Shown here: piece after piece, positions 1 through 12,830 of the stretch
Layout: the number at the start of each line of letters is the position of its first letter
Numbering within the stretch: the first letter of the stretch is position 1
DNA from: Camelus ferus
Taxonomy: Eukaryota
DNA length: 64,000 nucleotides
NCBI RefSeq assembly: GCF_009834535.1
Contig: NC_045696.1
Location: forward strand, 48,796,001 to 48,860,000
Direction: 5' to 3'
The notes under the pieces: generated by a model
Databases searched by the model: none
What the model was told of the DNA's origin: nothing
The model's input: the letters and a program-made list of their open reading frames with translations, nothing else
Made by a program: the position numbers and the translations under genes

Positions 1-424
1 ATTATTCATAACCTTATGTATATAGTCTGAAAAACAGCTTAATACAAGTAGACAGATGATAGCTAGAGATCGATAGATACTCAGAAATTGGGAAGAGTAT
101 GAAAATGGCATATGAAATCATTAAAATTGAATTGTCTAGGAATGGCAAAGAACAGAATCATACCAGACACCAGTGCATACATCTATATTTTACATCAGAA
201 GCTACCTTGGGCAGGGGGATGATTGGGTCTGATTCAAGACTGCTAAACACAGTGTCAATTTTTATTTAAGGCCCAAATGCTCAGATTTTAGGGTAAACTG
301 TTGAGAGTGGAGGAAAAGATGGTCTCTCTTCTTTATTTGAGAATATGAGTGATAAAAAAAGAGAAAGCATTAAGATGTAATAACCAAATAGTAACAATAA
401 TTGTGGCTATCATGTAAATTTACT

Positions 425-615
425 GTATTAGGCACTGATAGATTTAAGAGATGTTTTATATACTTCATCTCATTAAATCATGCAAGAGGTATATTATTAC
501 CTTGTGTTACAGGTGAAGAAACTGCCTCTTAAATGTTAAGTAACTAGCCTAAGTCCATATAATTCCTAAGGGACAGAGGTAAATTCAAACCCAGGTCTGT
601 CTGTTTTAGCTCTCT
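425..615 (-). mobile_element. MIR SINE
   Basis: Antisense MIR core-like ttacaggtgaagaaactg...ttaagtaactagcctaagtc...ttcaaacccaggtctg. Confidence 0.85.
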
Positions 616-799
616 ACTGAGTATCAAAGGATATCAATTATTAGAATGCATGGTAATTAATACATGAAGCCAGGAACTATTTTGGTTAATTAAAGAATTA
701 GTAAAACATCTTGGAGAAAATAAGCCATTATTAGCTATTCTGTGTCAGTCTTTCTTTCCTCCTTTCCAAAATAAATAATAGCACCCTCCTGGAAGCAAG

Positions 800-1105
800 T
801 TCATGCTCATTTAATGAGATTCCCACAGTCCCCATCTCCATGAATAGAACCATTATCTACCCAGCTAGACAGCCGAGAGTCAACCTGACCTCACACCTAA
901 GTATCACTGGGCCTTCAAGTCTAATCATTTCCCATTCTAAAAAATAGCTCTCTTATCCATTCTTAATTTCTACCTCACTTACACACACCAGTGCAAACCC
1001 CTATCAGTCCTCATTTGGATTATTCTCATTATTCTTTAATCCATTATTTTCATTACTATGAGAAAGATCTGTCTAAAAGGCTAATATGATCAGTTACCTC
1101 TCCAT
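800..1105 (+). mobile_element. L2 LINE fragment (continues at ~2059-2490 after L1 and MLT2 interruptions)
   Basis: Pyrimidine-rich L2-like motifs such as gatctgtctaaaaggctaatatgatcagttacctctcc. Confidence 0.55.
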
Positions 1106-1119
1106 GATTCTATGATTGA

Positions 1120-1590
1120 GCAGATGTTACAATCTAGCAACATCATTCCTATCGATATAATCAACAGTTATGCACACATGTTCACCACATGGCATATAGT
1201 AGAATGTACATGATAATTCTATACAAAATAGTAAAAATTAGAGACTACCTGACTGCCTACCTTTAGAATGGATGAAAATGTTGTGGCATAGTCACACAAT
1301 GAAATATGTTATAACAATGAGAACAAACTAAACTACATACAAGTAACATGTATTACATACAAACATTTAAAAAATTCAGTAACATGCAAAACTAAGCTGT
1401 GCCTTTAGAAGTCAGGACTGTGGAGACTCATGGAGTTGGGGATAGAACTTGGAAGAGGGTGCTGGTATTGTCCTATTTTTCTATTTTGGTCCTGGTTACA
1501 TGTGTGTGTTCATATGCATTTTTATAAAGAGTATTAACACATGTTCACTTTTTTAATGTGTGCTCTATGTCAATTTTTTTTTAAAAAAAA
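1120..1590 (+). mobile_element. Old L1 (L1MC/ME-like) ORF2 end and 3' UTR fragment
   Basis: agaatggatgaaaatgttgtggcatagtcacacaatgaaatat and 3' UTR-like tttagaagtcaggactgtgg, ending in a T/A run. Confidence 0.7.
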
Positions 1591-1655
1591 GAACAGAAAT
1601 CTTTCAGTCATTCTTCAATATCTTACAACTCTTGCTTCTCTCCTCTGTGCATCCA

Positions 1656-2058
1656 TGTTAGTCAGGGTTCTCCAGGGAAACAGAACCAACAGGATGTCCA
1701 GCGAGAAAGAGAGGTATTTTAAAGAGCTGGCTCAAGGCCATTATGAAGGCTTGGCAAGTCCAAAATTCACAAGGTAAGCTGGCAGGCCAGAGACCAGGAA
1801 TGAAATGCTGTTCAAGTCCAAAGGTGGGCTACAGGTAGAATTCACTCTTCTGAAGGAGGTCAGTCTTTTTCTATTAAGGCCTTCAATGGATTGGATGAAG
1901 CCACCCAAATAAAAGAAAGTAATCTGCTTTACTCAGCCTGCTGATTTAAATGTTAATCTCATTTTAAAAATACCTTCACAGAAATACCTAGAATAATACT
2001 TGACCAAAATGCTGGTTACTGTGGCCTAGTCAAATTGACACATAAAATTACCATCACA
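1656..2058 (-). mobile_element. MLT2 (ERVL) solo LTR
   Basis: ttagtcagggttctccagggaaacagaaccaacagga ... gtcaaattgacacataaaattaccatcaca, the reverse complement of the MLT2 start TGTGATGGTTAATTTTATGTGTCAA. Confidence 0.9.
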
Positions 2059-2490
2059 GTACCCTCTTCTAAGCCGCACTGAGTTACTTGGAGTTCCTCA
2101 AATGTACTCATCTCTGTAAAATCTTTTTATTAGCACATCTTTATCCCCTTAGGAATTTGTCCTCAAGCCTTTGCTTTACTTTCCCAGTCCCCTTTTCTGC
2201 TTCATTTCTTTCATTCATTCTTCAAACCATAGTTCAGGCATTATTCCCTCTGGAAATCCTTCCTGAATCTCCACCTTTTATTTAGTTTCACCTCTTCCAT
2301 AAACTTACCACCACACACCCAGGATCATTTTAATTGCTCTAATTCTCTCTCTATCCCTCTAAATCATTGAGTTTCACTGAGACAGCACATATATCTTCAT
2401 TTAAAGTCAGAGGCATCTGGAGGAGTTACCTTGGTGTCCAACATATTACATAGACACTGAAGATGACCAGATCTGGTTAACTGAATGATT
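2059..2490 (+). mobile_element. L2 LINE 3' fragment
   Basis: Decayed L2 3' region (gagttacttggagttcctcaaatg...tttcattcattcttcaaacc...ctgaatga). Confidence 0.55.
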
Positions 2491-3699
2491 ATAAATAGAA
2501 TTCATACCTTCTAATACAGATTTTCTAGGCACTATTTTTGCCATACAGAATTTTGGCTCCTCCACCACCCCTTATTTGCACTAGCCATAAAAGTGCAATA
2601 TACATAATATGCAAATATATGAAGTCATTTCATACAATCCAAAACCTTGCTTGATACAGTCGTCAGTAAAATCAAACAAAAATAGCCTGATCACTTGCTT
2701 TGAAGATACTGACTGTTACTGAGCTAACAGCTTAGCATACTCAAATAATTGGTTACTCCACTGAAGTTTCAATCTAAACTTCCAATTACTCAAACACGTA
2801 TTATCCAGTTAAATTGGGAATAATTGACATAAATTCATATTACTTGAGTTTTTATATCCAAGATGGGATTATGTCACAGGTAAAGAATAGGTGGAACAAC
2901 AACTCTGTCAAGGATCTTTTTTTTAGAAGCAGTGGTAATGATTGTTTTGTATCTTATTTGTTCCTCACAATTTCTGAGCAATGTTAAACTGGTTTAGGTC
3001 TTCCTGTGCCTCTCCCAGCACCTCATTAGTAATTTTTTTGTCTTTAATATAAAATGTAGCCCATAGGCATTAATGAGTAATTTGTTCAAAAAGTCACCAG
3101 GTCATATTTAATAAGAAAATTCTTTTATAGATCATTACTTCATGCCAAATTCTGCTCTATTCTGAAAATGTTCAAATTGGAGAAAATATTAATTTGTTTG
3201 CTGAATAAACTTCAATATTTCACTGCATAAAAATGCAGTTTGTTAACAATTTTTAAATCCATTTCCTTTTACAAATTAAGTTAAACTTTCCCAAAACCCA
3301 AGAAAGTGTTTACTCAAAAAAGAAATTCCGAACTCAAACATCTTTAATGAAGGTTGCATGCTACAATAAACTTGACTAGATTCATCACACATATTTCTTC
3401 TTAAAATCTTTGAAAGGTCTTGTTGTAAGACAATCTTTCAACCTAGAATTTTCCAAACCTATTTGTCCCCAATTTTTAACCCAAATAAACCACTGTATTC
3501 ATTTCTTCACTTTTAAAATTCTATTACTATTGACTTTAATTTTCACTAATTTTTATTAATTTTTATTATGGGCTTACTCCATGTAGGGCACTGATCTAGG
3601 CTGGGGAAATGTAGAGTGGAATAAGACATGACTCCTGAACAGAAGGTGCACTAAATTCTAGAAGAAAGAGAGAAGATACATAATAATACTGCAAACTGT

Positions 3700-3930
3700 A
3701 AGCTCAAATAGACTTGAGTTTAAACTTCAGCTCTGCCACCTAAGAATTTTGCAGTCTTGGACATAACATTTAAACTATTTTTGTATCAATGTCTTCATTT
3801 GTAAAATGATAATAGTAGTAATATGTACCTCATACCATTATTGTTGGGATTAGATATTGTGTATAAAATATTTAATACAGTAAATGGATCATAGTAAATG
3901 CCCAATAAATGGCACCGATAATGATAGTAA
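3700..3930 (+). mobile_element. MIR SINE
   Basis: agacttgagtttaaacttcagctctgccacc...cttcatttgtaaaatgataatagtagta...cccaataaatggca. Confidence 0.85.
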
Positions 3931-4529
3931 GAAATGAGGAAGAAGACAGGAGGTGGAGTACAATTTGATGGAGGCAAAAAGATAACATAGGAGATTTTGT
4001 AAAAGGTCAAATTAATTATGCAATTATTCTGATCAATTGTGGAAAATATCAACTAAGGTGAGTGAAATAAGTCAACCCAAAAGAACCAACTTATCTGTTA
4101 TGTAGAAATTTGTTGTTTGTATTCACAGTCTGTCATATATATCTTTTCTTATTTAAATGCAATTTAAATGCTAATAATTTTCATTTTATTTTTTACATTT
4201 TTCATTATACAATTTGCTATATTATGTGAGCCTTGAAACAGGCAGATGCTGTGATTTTACTTCTATTTTATAAATGAAGAAGCTCCACAGGAGAAAACTG
4301 CCAACTAGAAACATAGACTCCACATAAGTCGAATCTTCTAGTTCCTGACGAGGTCTCATCCATTAGATGTCCTCAATTCCAGGCTCTAGTCGTAGCCTGA
4401 GAACACAAGTCTATTACTTTACCTAATTCTCCTATGAACAAAATCGGATGGCTTTCAAACCATTTGCTGATGAAATTTGCTTTAAATCATCACAACTAAT
4501 CAACCTTATAAATAGTAAGAATATTTATA

Positions 4530-4640
4530 GGGGTATAGAAATATTTTCTATAAAGAGCTAGATAGTAAATATTTTAAGCTTTACAGGCCATATGGTCTCT
4601 GACACAAATACTCAGCTCTGCCCTTTTAGCACAAGAACAG
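4530..4640 (+). mobile_element. MER58A-like hAT-Charlie DNA transposon fragment
   Basis: ttttctataaagagctagatagtaaatattttaagctttacaggccatatggtctctgacacaaatactcagctctgcc matches the MER58A 5' part. Confidence 0.8.
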
Positions 4641-4674
<34 letters not shown>

Positions 4675-4677
4675 ACA
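4641..4677. repeat. (CA)n microsatellite
   Basis: Direct reading. Confidence 0.95.
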
Positions 4678-4849
4678 GAGGCACACCACAAGCCATTATT
4701 AATATCATTTTAAGCTTTAAAAACTGGCTTAACTGCACATTACTTTTAATTCTTTTGAAAGACTACAGGCCAATATTCTTCATGATTATAGGTACTTGTA
4801 TTTTTTTTAATTTAGCAAATCAATTCCTATGACATATAAATCATATCTA

Positions 4850-7100
4850 ATTGGGTTTTATAATGAGAATACAAAGTTGGTTTAATATTTGAAAGTCAGT
4901 CAATGTAATTCACCATATTTACAAACTAACAAAAGAAAAACCACATGATACTCTCATGAAATACAGAAAAAGTATTTGACAAAACCCAGCATCTATTCCT
5001 CATAAAAACTCAGCACAAAGGGAATAGAAAGAGCCTCCTTAATTTGATATAGGGCATCTACAAAAAGCATACAGCTAATGAATAAATAAAATGGTCTATG
5101 TAGAAAATTCTATGGAAACTACAAAAACACTACTTAAACTAATAAGTCAGTTTATCAAGTTTGCAGAATAAAAGATTGTCACACAAAAATCAGTTGTTTT
5201 CTATGTATTAGCAAAAATATTGGAAACTTTAATTTAAAAATATCATTTATAATATCATCAAAAACCACAAAATAGGTAAGAATAAATCTAACAAAATGTG
5301 TTCAAAACTTGTACACTGAAAACTACACTATATTGCTGAGTGAAATTACAGATCATTTAAAAAATAGAAAGCAACTTATACAAAGTACATGTATCAGAAA
5401 ATCCAATATTTTTAAATACCACTTCTTGACAAATTGGTCTATATATTTAACACAATCCTATCCAAAATCCCAAAAGCATTTTTGAAGATGTTGAAAAGCT
5501 AAAATTTTAAAATTAATATGGAAATGCAAATGGTAGACAATAGTTTAAACAACTTTGAAAAGACTTTCTGGTTTTAAGACTTCTTCAATCATGAAGGGTT
5601 GAATTGACATAAAAATAGGCAAATAGATCAACAGAACAGAACAGAGTTCAGAAATAGACACCTACATGTATAGAAAACTGACTTTTGACAAAGGGCATGA
5701 TCAATTCAGTGGAGGAAAAATTAGTCTTTAAATAAATAGTACTTGGATAATTGAATATGTTTATGTCAAAATAAAAAAATAAGCAAAACAAAACACAACT
5801 GAAAACCTTTAATCTATACTTGTATATTTCTTTTAAAAAACTCAAAATGGATCTTAAAACTAAATGTAGTTTATATCTGTTAATCCCAAACTCCTAATTT
5901 ATCCTCCACCCACTCTTTCCACTTTGATAACCATAAGTTTGCTTTCTATGTCTGTGAGTTCTATCTGTTTTGTAAATAAGTTCATTTGTATCATTTCTTA
6001 AGATTCAACATGTAAGTGATATATGACATTTGTCTTTCTATGATTTCTTCACTTAGTAATTAATTATACTGATATGACAGAAATAGTTCTAAAAAAATGT
6101 TAGTACTATAATCTCTAGGTCCACTCATTTTGCCTGCAAATGGCATTATTTCTTTCTTTTTTATGGCTGAGTAATATTCCATTGTATATTTATACCACAT
6201 CTTCTTTACCTAGTCATCTGTTGATAGACATTTAGCAGAATGTATTTTTTAAAGCTCCAAATTCAACAATAAGAAAACAACTCAACAAAAAATGGACCAA
6301 AGATTTGAACACAAAATGGCAAATATGCACATGAAAAGATGTTCATCCTTTCTTTTCCTCACCTTAGTCATTAAGGAGGGCAAATTAAAACCACAATGAA
6401 ATACCACTGCACATCTACTAGAATGGCTAAGATTAAAAGATTGACCATAGAAAGTAATGGCTAGAATGTGGATGAGCTGAAATTATTATATAACTGGTAG
6501 AAATGTAAAATGGTTCAATCACTCTGGAAAACAGCTTGACAGTTTCTTAAAAAGTTAGACATACATTTAGTATATCATCGTTATTCCATTCCTAGGTATT
6601 TACCCAAGAGAAATAAAAAGATAATCCACACAAAGACTTAAACGCAAATGTTCATAGCATTCATGTATTTGTAATTGAAGTTGTAATACTCATGTATTTA
6701 TAATTTACTAAAACTAGAAACAACCCAAAAATCTATCACAGGTGAATGGATAAACAAACTATTGTATATTGCTACTATGGAAGACTAATCAATCATAAAA
6801 AGAATGAACTGTTTATATATGCAGTAACATAGATGAATCTCAAATTAATTATACTGATATGACAGAAATAGTTCTAAAAAAATGCTAGAAAAAAAACAGA
6901 TCAGTTATCACCTGAAGACAACCCAGAAGGGAAGATTACAAAAGGGCATGAGGAAACTTTTGCAGATGATGGATGTGTTCACTATCTTGATTGTAGTGGT
7001 AGTTTTGTGAGTGTATTCATACATCTAAATTTATAAAATTGAACATTTTTAATGTGAAATGTTTAGCATCTTATCAATTATATCAATAAAACTGTTTTAT
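4850..7100 (+). mobile_element. Old L1 (L1M) degraded ORF2 plus 3' UTR, interrupted at 5868-6235
   Basis: ORF2 landmarks caatgtaattcaccatatt, aaaagtatttgacaaaa, tacactgaaaactac, ttttgacaaaggg, aaaaccacaatgaaataccac; many stops and deletions. Confidence 0.9.
5868..6235 (-). mobile_element. Cetartiodactyl-type L1 3' fragment inserted antisense into the older L1
   Basis: tatctgttaatcccaaactcctaatttatcc...taaccataagtttgctttctatgtctgtgag...tttttatggctgagtaatattccattgtata. Confidence 0.85.
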
Positions 7101-7109
7101 AAATAGATT

Positions 7110-7390
7110 AAGAAAATGTGAGATAGATATATATATATAAAATACATAAAAAATGGAATATTATTTACTCTTAAAATGGGAAGAAATTCTGACACATGCT
7201 ACAGCATGGATGAATCTTGAGGACACTATGCTAAGTGAAAGAAGCCAGTCACAAAAAGACAAATATTCTATGAAGTATTCATTTCACTTAAAATGCAGAT
7301 CCTCAAATTCACAGAAACAGAAAAGTGAATGGTGGTTGCCAGGGCTGAAGGGAGAGAAAAATGGCGAGTTACGGTTTAATGGGTATTTTA
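7110..7390 (+). mobile_element. L1MA/MB 3' fragment
   Basis: gaaattctgacacatgctacagcatggatgaatcttgaggacactatgctaagtgaaagaagccagtcacaaaaagac; ORF 7153-7410 reads as L1 ORF2 C-terminus (ATAWMNLEDTMLSERSQSQKDKY). Confidence 0.9.
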
Positions 7391-7689
7391 TTTTTAAGAA
7401 AGGGCCTTAGAAGCCTCATGCAATCCACTTAATTGTCACATTTATTAATTCTATTTCTCCCAAGAAAGACTGTCAACAAAGGAATCTTTACACTCAAAAA
7501 AGGGGATTTTACCCAAGATTGCACTGGATTGTACCAACAATCAAGGTATATCATGAACTGGATCTAAACGACAAAAATTGAGAAAGGAGAGGATATTTTA
7601 GGTGTAGGAAACAGAATGGTCAAATCACAGTTGCAAATAAGAATAATGAAAAACGTAAAGATTGGTTTTCAAATATCAATTTTATTGCT

Positions 7690-8000
7690 TTCCCAGCTTT
7701 TCAGATGTCTTCTGAAATGTCATCACATCAGACAGGACTCCCAGTATCACAATGCATAATGTTAACCCTCAACCCTCTTTCTCTATCACTTTACCCAATT
7801 AATTTTTTTCTTCAGAGTAATGTACCTGACATTACATTATGTAGTAATGAGGTACTTATCTGTTTATTCTCTTGCCCACAATAAAATAATATTCATGAAT
7901 GCAGAGACATTGTCCAAAGTCTTTTTCACACTGTATCCTCAGAGCCTAAAATATTTCCTCACACACAGAACAGACTGAATAAATATTTGTTGAAATGAAT
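7690..8000 (+). mobile_element. L2a 3' end
   Basis: Ends in aataaatatttgttgaaatgaatg, the typical L2 tail. Confidence 0.8.
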
Positions 8001-9779
8001 GGAGTTACAATAAACCATAGGATATGTGTATCTCCCTTGTTAACTGCTGTGCTGTGAGAGGCTCGGGAGCCAACTAATGAACAAGATTCTATCCTGACAT
8101 TTCTCACCCTAACTCAGAGCATCTCATGAGTCACAAAACCTTTTAACATAATCCTTTTTAGTCAAAACCTATCCTTTGTTTCAGTTCCTTTTTATATGCT
8201 CTAGATCCCAGAAAGGTGAAAAACTCACAACTCACATCAGAAAGTTTCCCCCTTATAGGCACCCTGGATATCCTTGTAAATAACAAAGGAAATCAGTAAA
8301 AAGGAATTAAATTTGCATCTCTAGACCAGTAGACTTGTTTTATTTTCTATCATAAATGCAGCTCCTGGAAAAAAATTTCTCTAGGATTTATGCAGGTTGC
8401 TACCGAGAAACTTCGCACTGTAAAATTCTTAGAATAAAATGAAACGAGTCCCCATTAGTACAGCCAGATTTCTCTGGGTGCTGGTTAAGCTTGGTGTATA
8501 AACACAGATACTGGTGTCTGCTTGGTGGGTTTGATGAATCACTACACAAACAGGGACCAGGCACCCTCTCCTTAACCCTCCTGGGTCCCCTCCCTGGAGA
8601 CACTTCCTCCACTCTGGACATGCAGGGCCAATTGTCCCAGACTCAAGACTTCCAAGTAAGCCTGAAGGTGAAGAACTTTTACGGGTCCCTAAAACAAGAC
8701 TGTGACAGTGATATCTTGAGCCCAGATAATTTTAATACTGTCTGTGGTCACCTCTGTAAGTTGTAGGAGAAGGAAGTTCTGGAACAAGTTCTCCTCATGA
8801 TAACCTAGTGTAAAGCAATTAGAACTAACATAGGCTTGTACCACTTCACAGCCACACCTCAAAACACCACTTACTTATAATTAACCACAGCTCACCATGC
8901 TCAATCATCCCCTAATATTACAGCTGCCTCCCAAATTAAAATTCCTTGAGAGATGACAACAAAAGGGAGGAGTGATAAAAATCCATTTTTGCTGCAAAAT
9001 GCATCTCCCTGTGCAGGTATCAAGAGCTGGAAGGACTCTAATCAATGAGATGCTCAGACCCTGGTCCAACTGGCATAAAGAAGGGGAGGTTCAGAGGTTA
9101 AACAAAGGAGGTATTATAGAAGGAGACAAAGCTAGAATAAACCTGGGTCACTCAACCCCCATTCCAGTGCTGCTTCTACAACCACCAGTAATGTGCTAGT
9201 GTTGTAGTGCCTGAACATTTTTTTCTTTGGCGGAAGAACCCCTTTCTCAAACAAATCCCAACTCTAAGTCTGATGCTGGCAACAGATAAAAGAGTAGGTG
9301 ATCTGGTGGGAGAATTGCGGAGGTGTTCCCCAACACAAAATAGCAGGGCCCCAGCTTTGTTTTTCCTTTCCACAGTTGCAGATTGGAAGGAATGACTAAG
9401 AAGCAATAGCAGAGTTGCTGAAATCTGTCTTTAGTGCTCACATTTCTAATGCTCACTCTATTGTTCTGTTACCCTCTTCTGTCTTTGGTCATCGGGCCTG
9501 TCTCTACTTCTGATGCACTTAGCTCTTCTGCGTGCTAACCCTTTCTTTTATTTAAAGTTGAAAGCAGTCATTGGTACATTGATTTAAAACTATTCACACT
9601 AATACAATCCCAGTCCAATTTGCTTTATGAGCCTTTCTTTTCTCTGTAATTGTGAGATACAAGCTCCTCTCCCACTGAACATTTCAAATAACTGGGATTA
9701 GCTTGGGGTGACCATTTAGGTGACAGTGTGCTCCACGAAGCAGAGCTCTGCTGCTGGCTTCAGTTACTGTAGGCAACCT

Positions 9780-9890
9780 GGGTAGGAACCGAGAGGTAGA
9801 TAATGCATGTGCTCCATGCCTGGGTTGTAAACTGACTCAGCCAGTTACTTACGATGTAACCTTAAGTACGTTGCTTAACTTTGCTAATAG
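9780..9890 (+). mobile_element. MIR fragment
   Basis: gcctgggttgtaaactgactcagccagttacttacgatgtaaccttaagtacgttgcttaact. Confidence 0.55.
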
Positions 9891-12379
9891 AAAGTATAGT
9901 GTCAATTTTCTAATCTGCCAATTGGGCATGAGTTCGGCATCGCAAATTTGTTAAGAAATAGTAAAGGTGATGAATAATACAGCGTGTCTTACAATTCTCA
10001 GGGCAACAAAAAAAACATGGATTCCATTCTCTCCTCCCTTCTTTCCTTTTGAAGAGGATGATTTGAAAAGAATTGGCTGTGACTCCTGATGCTCTATTCC
10101 CAGTAGTTGGCGGAAGGTAGACGGGAAGGCCCACAGCCACCATCTGTGGAACCGGAATGTATTCTTCTCAAACAAGAGCTCACCCCCCAACCCAGGCATT
10201 CCCCAAACTTGTCTCCTGGTCCCCGTGGCTCTTGTCCTGGTTTCACACACACACACATACACACACACGTGCACACAAATAAAACAGTTTCTTCCCTCAA
10301 GAAAGTGACAGTTCAGTTAAGTCTCCAAACAGAACAAAGCTGTACACTTGTCCCTTAACGACATCTACCTAAGAGTTTCATAAATGCCTATGGGGGGAGA
10401 AGGGTTGTTGAGCAGAAGATCACAGTGTCATAGCAGAATTATATCAATAATAATGGATTTTCCTTAAAAGAGGTGTGTGCATTTCAGGCTCATCTTAGTT
10501 TAATAAAGAGAAGCATGTAGTTTATTCTGTAAAGTGGTATCAATTCTCATCTTTTTGTGATCTAAAATAACTTTTCAGGAATTGAAAAAGAGAAAACTGA
10601 AGTAGATGGGTGCCAGCGACAAAGGTAGTAAGACACTGATGCCTGGAGTAGGCAAATGAAGCTACAAGGCTTCCCGCCTCTGTTACAGAACACCCCTTGA
10701 CACAGGGGTGCTGTCGGTCTCCTACCTAATTCCTTCTTCCCTTCCTCTTCTCTGCTTTTGTTCCACAAGAAATATTTTCTAGGCTCTTCCACACCCCCCC
10801 CCAAGCTTCTGGTAGACTTGACTAATTGGAAGGCTGTGGCCAAGAACTGAAGGACAGGACAAGTAAGGTAAGCTGAGATATTTCTTTCGCTTCTTCATTT
10901 CCTAGGGTGTCTTTGGCTATGTTTCCTCTGTAACAGCAGCTCCTGTTGGACAGGACAACTGTGGTCCAGTGGCTGTGGAATCACAGTTCATCTCCTCCTC
11001 ATCTCGCTAGCAGGTGATAGGGGCTTCCTGCTGATGTTAAGCTTTTGGTTGACTTACCATCTGCTCTTTAGATCCCCAGGGAGTCTATCACCTGTGTAAC
11101 TAACTCCCAATATTAATTTTTTTCAGTTTTAATAATTGTTTACAGTATATCTGTGCCTTATGCACAAGGCTTGTCCTAATACAAGTATACGATACATTCA
11201 GATGTGTGTTGTGTGTGTTCATGTGACACTGTGAGCACAGTAGAGACAAAATATAACTTAAATACTATATCCAACATTAACTGGCATTCAGCAGGTATCC
11301 AATGTATATTGCTTATAAATTAACTATTTATGGTAGCAGGTGAAATAATATAAAAGGCAATTTGAATGTGGAAAACTCATACTAATTAAAATAATTTCAT
11401 GACTTAAAAATCATTTATAATGACTTAAAAATCTCACCACTGTTTTTGACAGTAATACACATGACATATGTGTTAGAACAAGTGTGTTCAAAGTTTCATT
11501 TGACTAGATGCAAACACCGTACAAAGGTGCTCCCCTTCATTCTTCACGGGCAAGGTGAATAATTGCCTTCTCACTACTTAAATGTGCATATATTGCCTAT
11601 TGTACAAGAGACCCCTTCCCGCAAAATTCTAAAATTTGATTTGCATTTTGTTTGGCCATAATTAATCAATATTTGGAGTTTATGAGGTAAGTAAGGAACC
11701 CAAATTTATAAAAAGGTATTGTGATGTATATTGTACATCAACTATAGTTCAATAGAAAAGTGAAAAAACAAAATGATTTGTGAAGATGATATTAAGATAA
11801 TTTGTGAAGAAATTGCCATATCAAAATACATTTTGAAAGAGAACAAACTACGTATGCTAAGACAAAAAGTTGTGATGGGAGGGTATAGTTTTACTTTGTA
11901 TTAACACAGCAAGTGACTACAAAATAACACCTCTTCTTGTTTATCATTCAGGGAAAAAAAAAGAAAAAGAAAAATGAAAAAATAAAAAATGATATCATGA
12001 CGCAGTATTTAATAAGATGCACAATAACTAGGGAGAAAGTTCACAGGAATCGAGGCTGGAGGAACCGAAGAAGCTTTGGGCAGGAAGTGATCCTTCAGCC
12101 TGGGTTTCGGAGGATGATCTCTCCCACATGCTATGCTCCCCTTCCCATTCAATTAGGGTATTTCTGCTTTTATCTAAGATTTATTATATTATTTACTACT
12201 TCATTTTATAAAGCTTTATTAAGAGCAGTTAGATTATTTCACCTGTAAGATCCCTGTGTGATATAAATATTCTGAGTATTAGAAACAATTAGAAGGTGAA
12301 ACTTCAAAATAAGTTACAAGGCAGAAAGTAGGAAAATTTTGTTAATTAGAGAAACATTTTTAGCGAAGTGCTTAGAATA

Positions 12380-12830
12380 TTAAACCAATATTTTTAGGGT
12401 GATTCCCCAGTGATGTGGCAAGGTGAGTGAAAGAGATCAATTAGGAAGCTGTTATAGTAATTAATGCATAAGATAAGAACACAAAAGACAGTGGTCACCA
12501 TGTAGTGAAAAGAATGGAACAGGCACTTGAAACCTAGTAAGAAATTTTTTAAAACGGTGTCTTTTTAATAACACAAATGATGCTGACCTATATTAAGTTT
12601 TAAAAGAAAAGAAGGCTACAACAAAGACTTCAGGATGTCTAGAGAAGGAGTGATGTTCACTTACAGCAATAGTTAAGGTAGAACAAGGGAAGAGCTGGAA
12701 GGATGATGAATTTGGTAGGTATGTGGCATATGAGGTTAATAGTAAATATCACAATTGAAATGCCTGGAAAGATGGAAAATTTCAAGTCTGTAAAACTTTC
12801 AAACTGGATTGAGTATTTGCCAGAAGATAC
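12380..12830 (-). mobile_element. L2 LINE internal fragment
   Basis: gagatcaattaggaagctgttatagtaatt...gatgatgaatttgg, purine-rich antisense L2 pattern. Confidence 0.6.

Noticed and set aside
11399..11432. Short direct repeat atgacttaaaaatc x2 (similar pairs near 32712, 49686 and 54692)
   Set aside because: Ordinary slippage duplications; only two units, nothing array- or CRISPR-like
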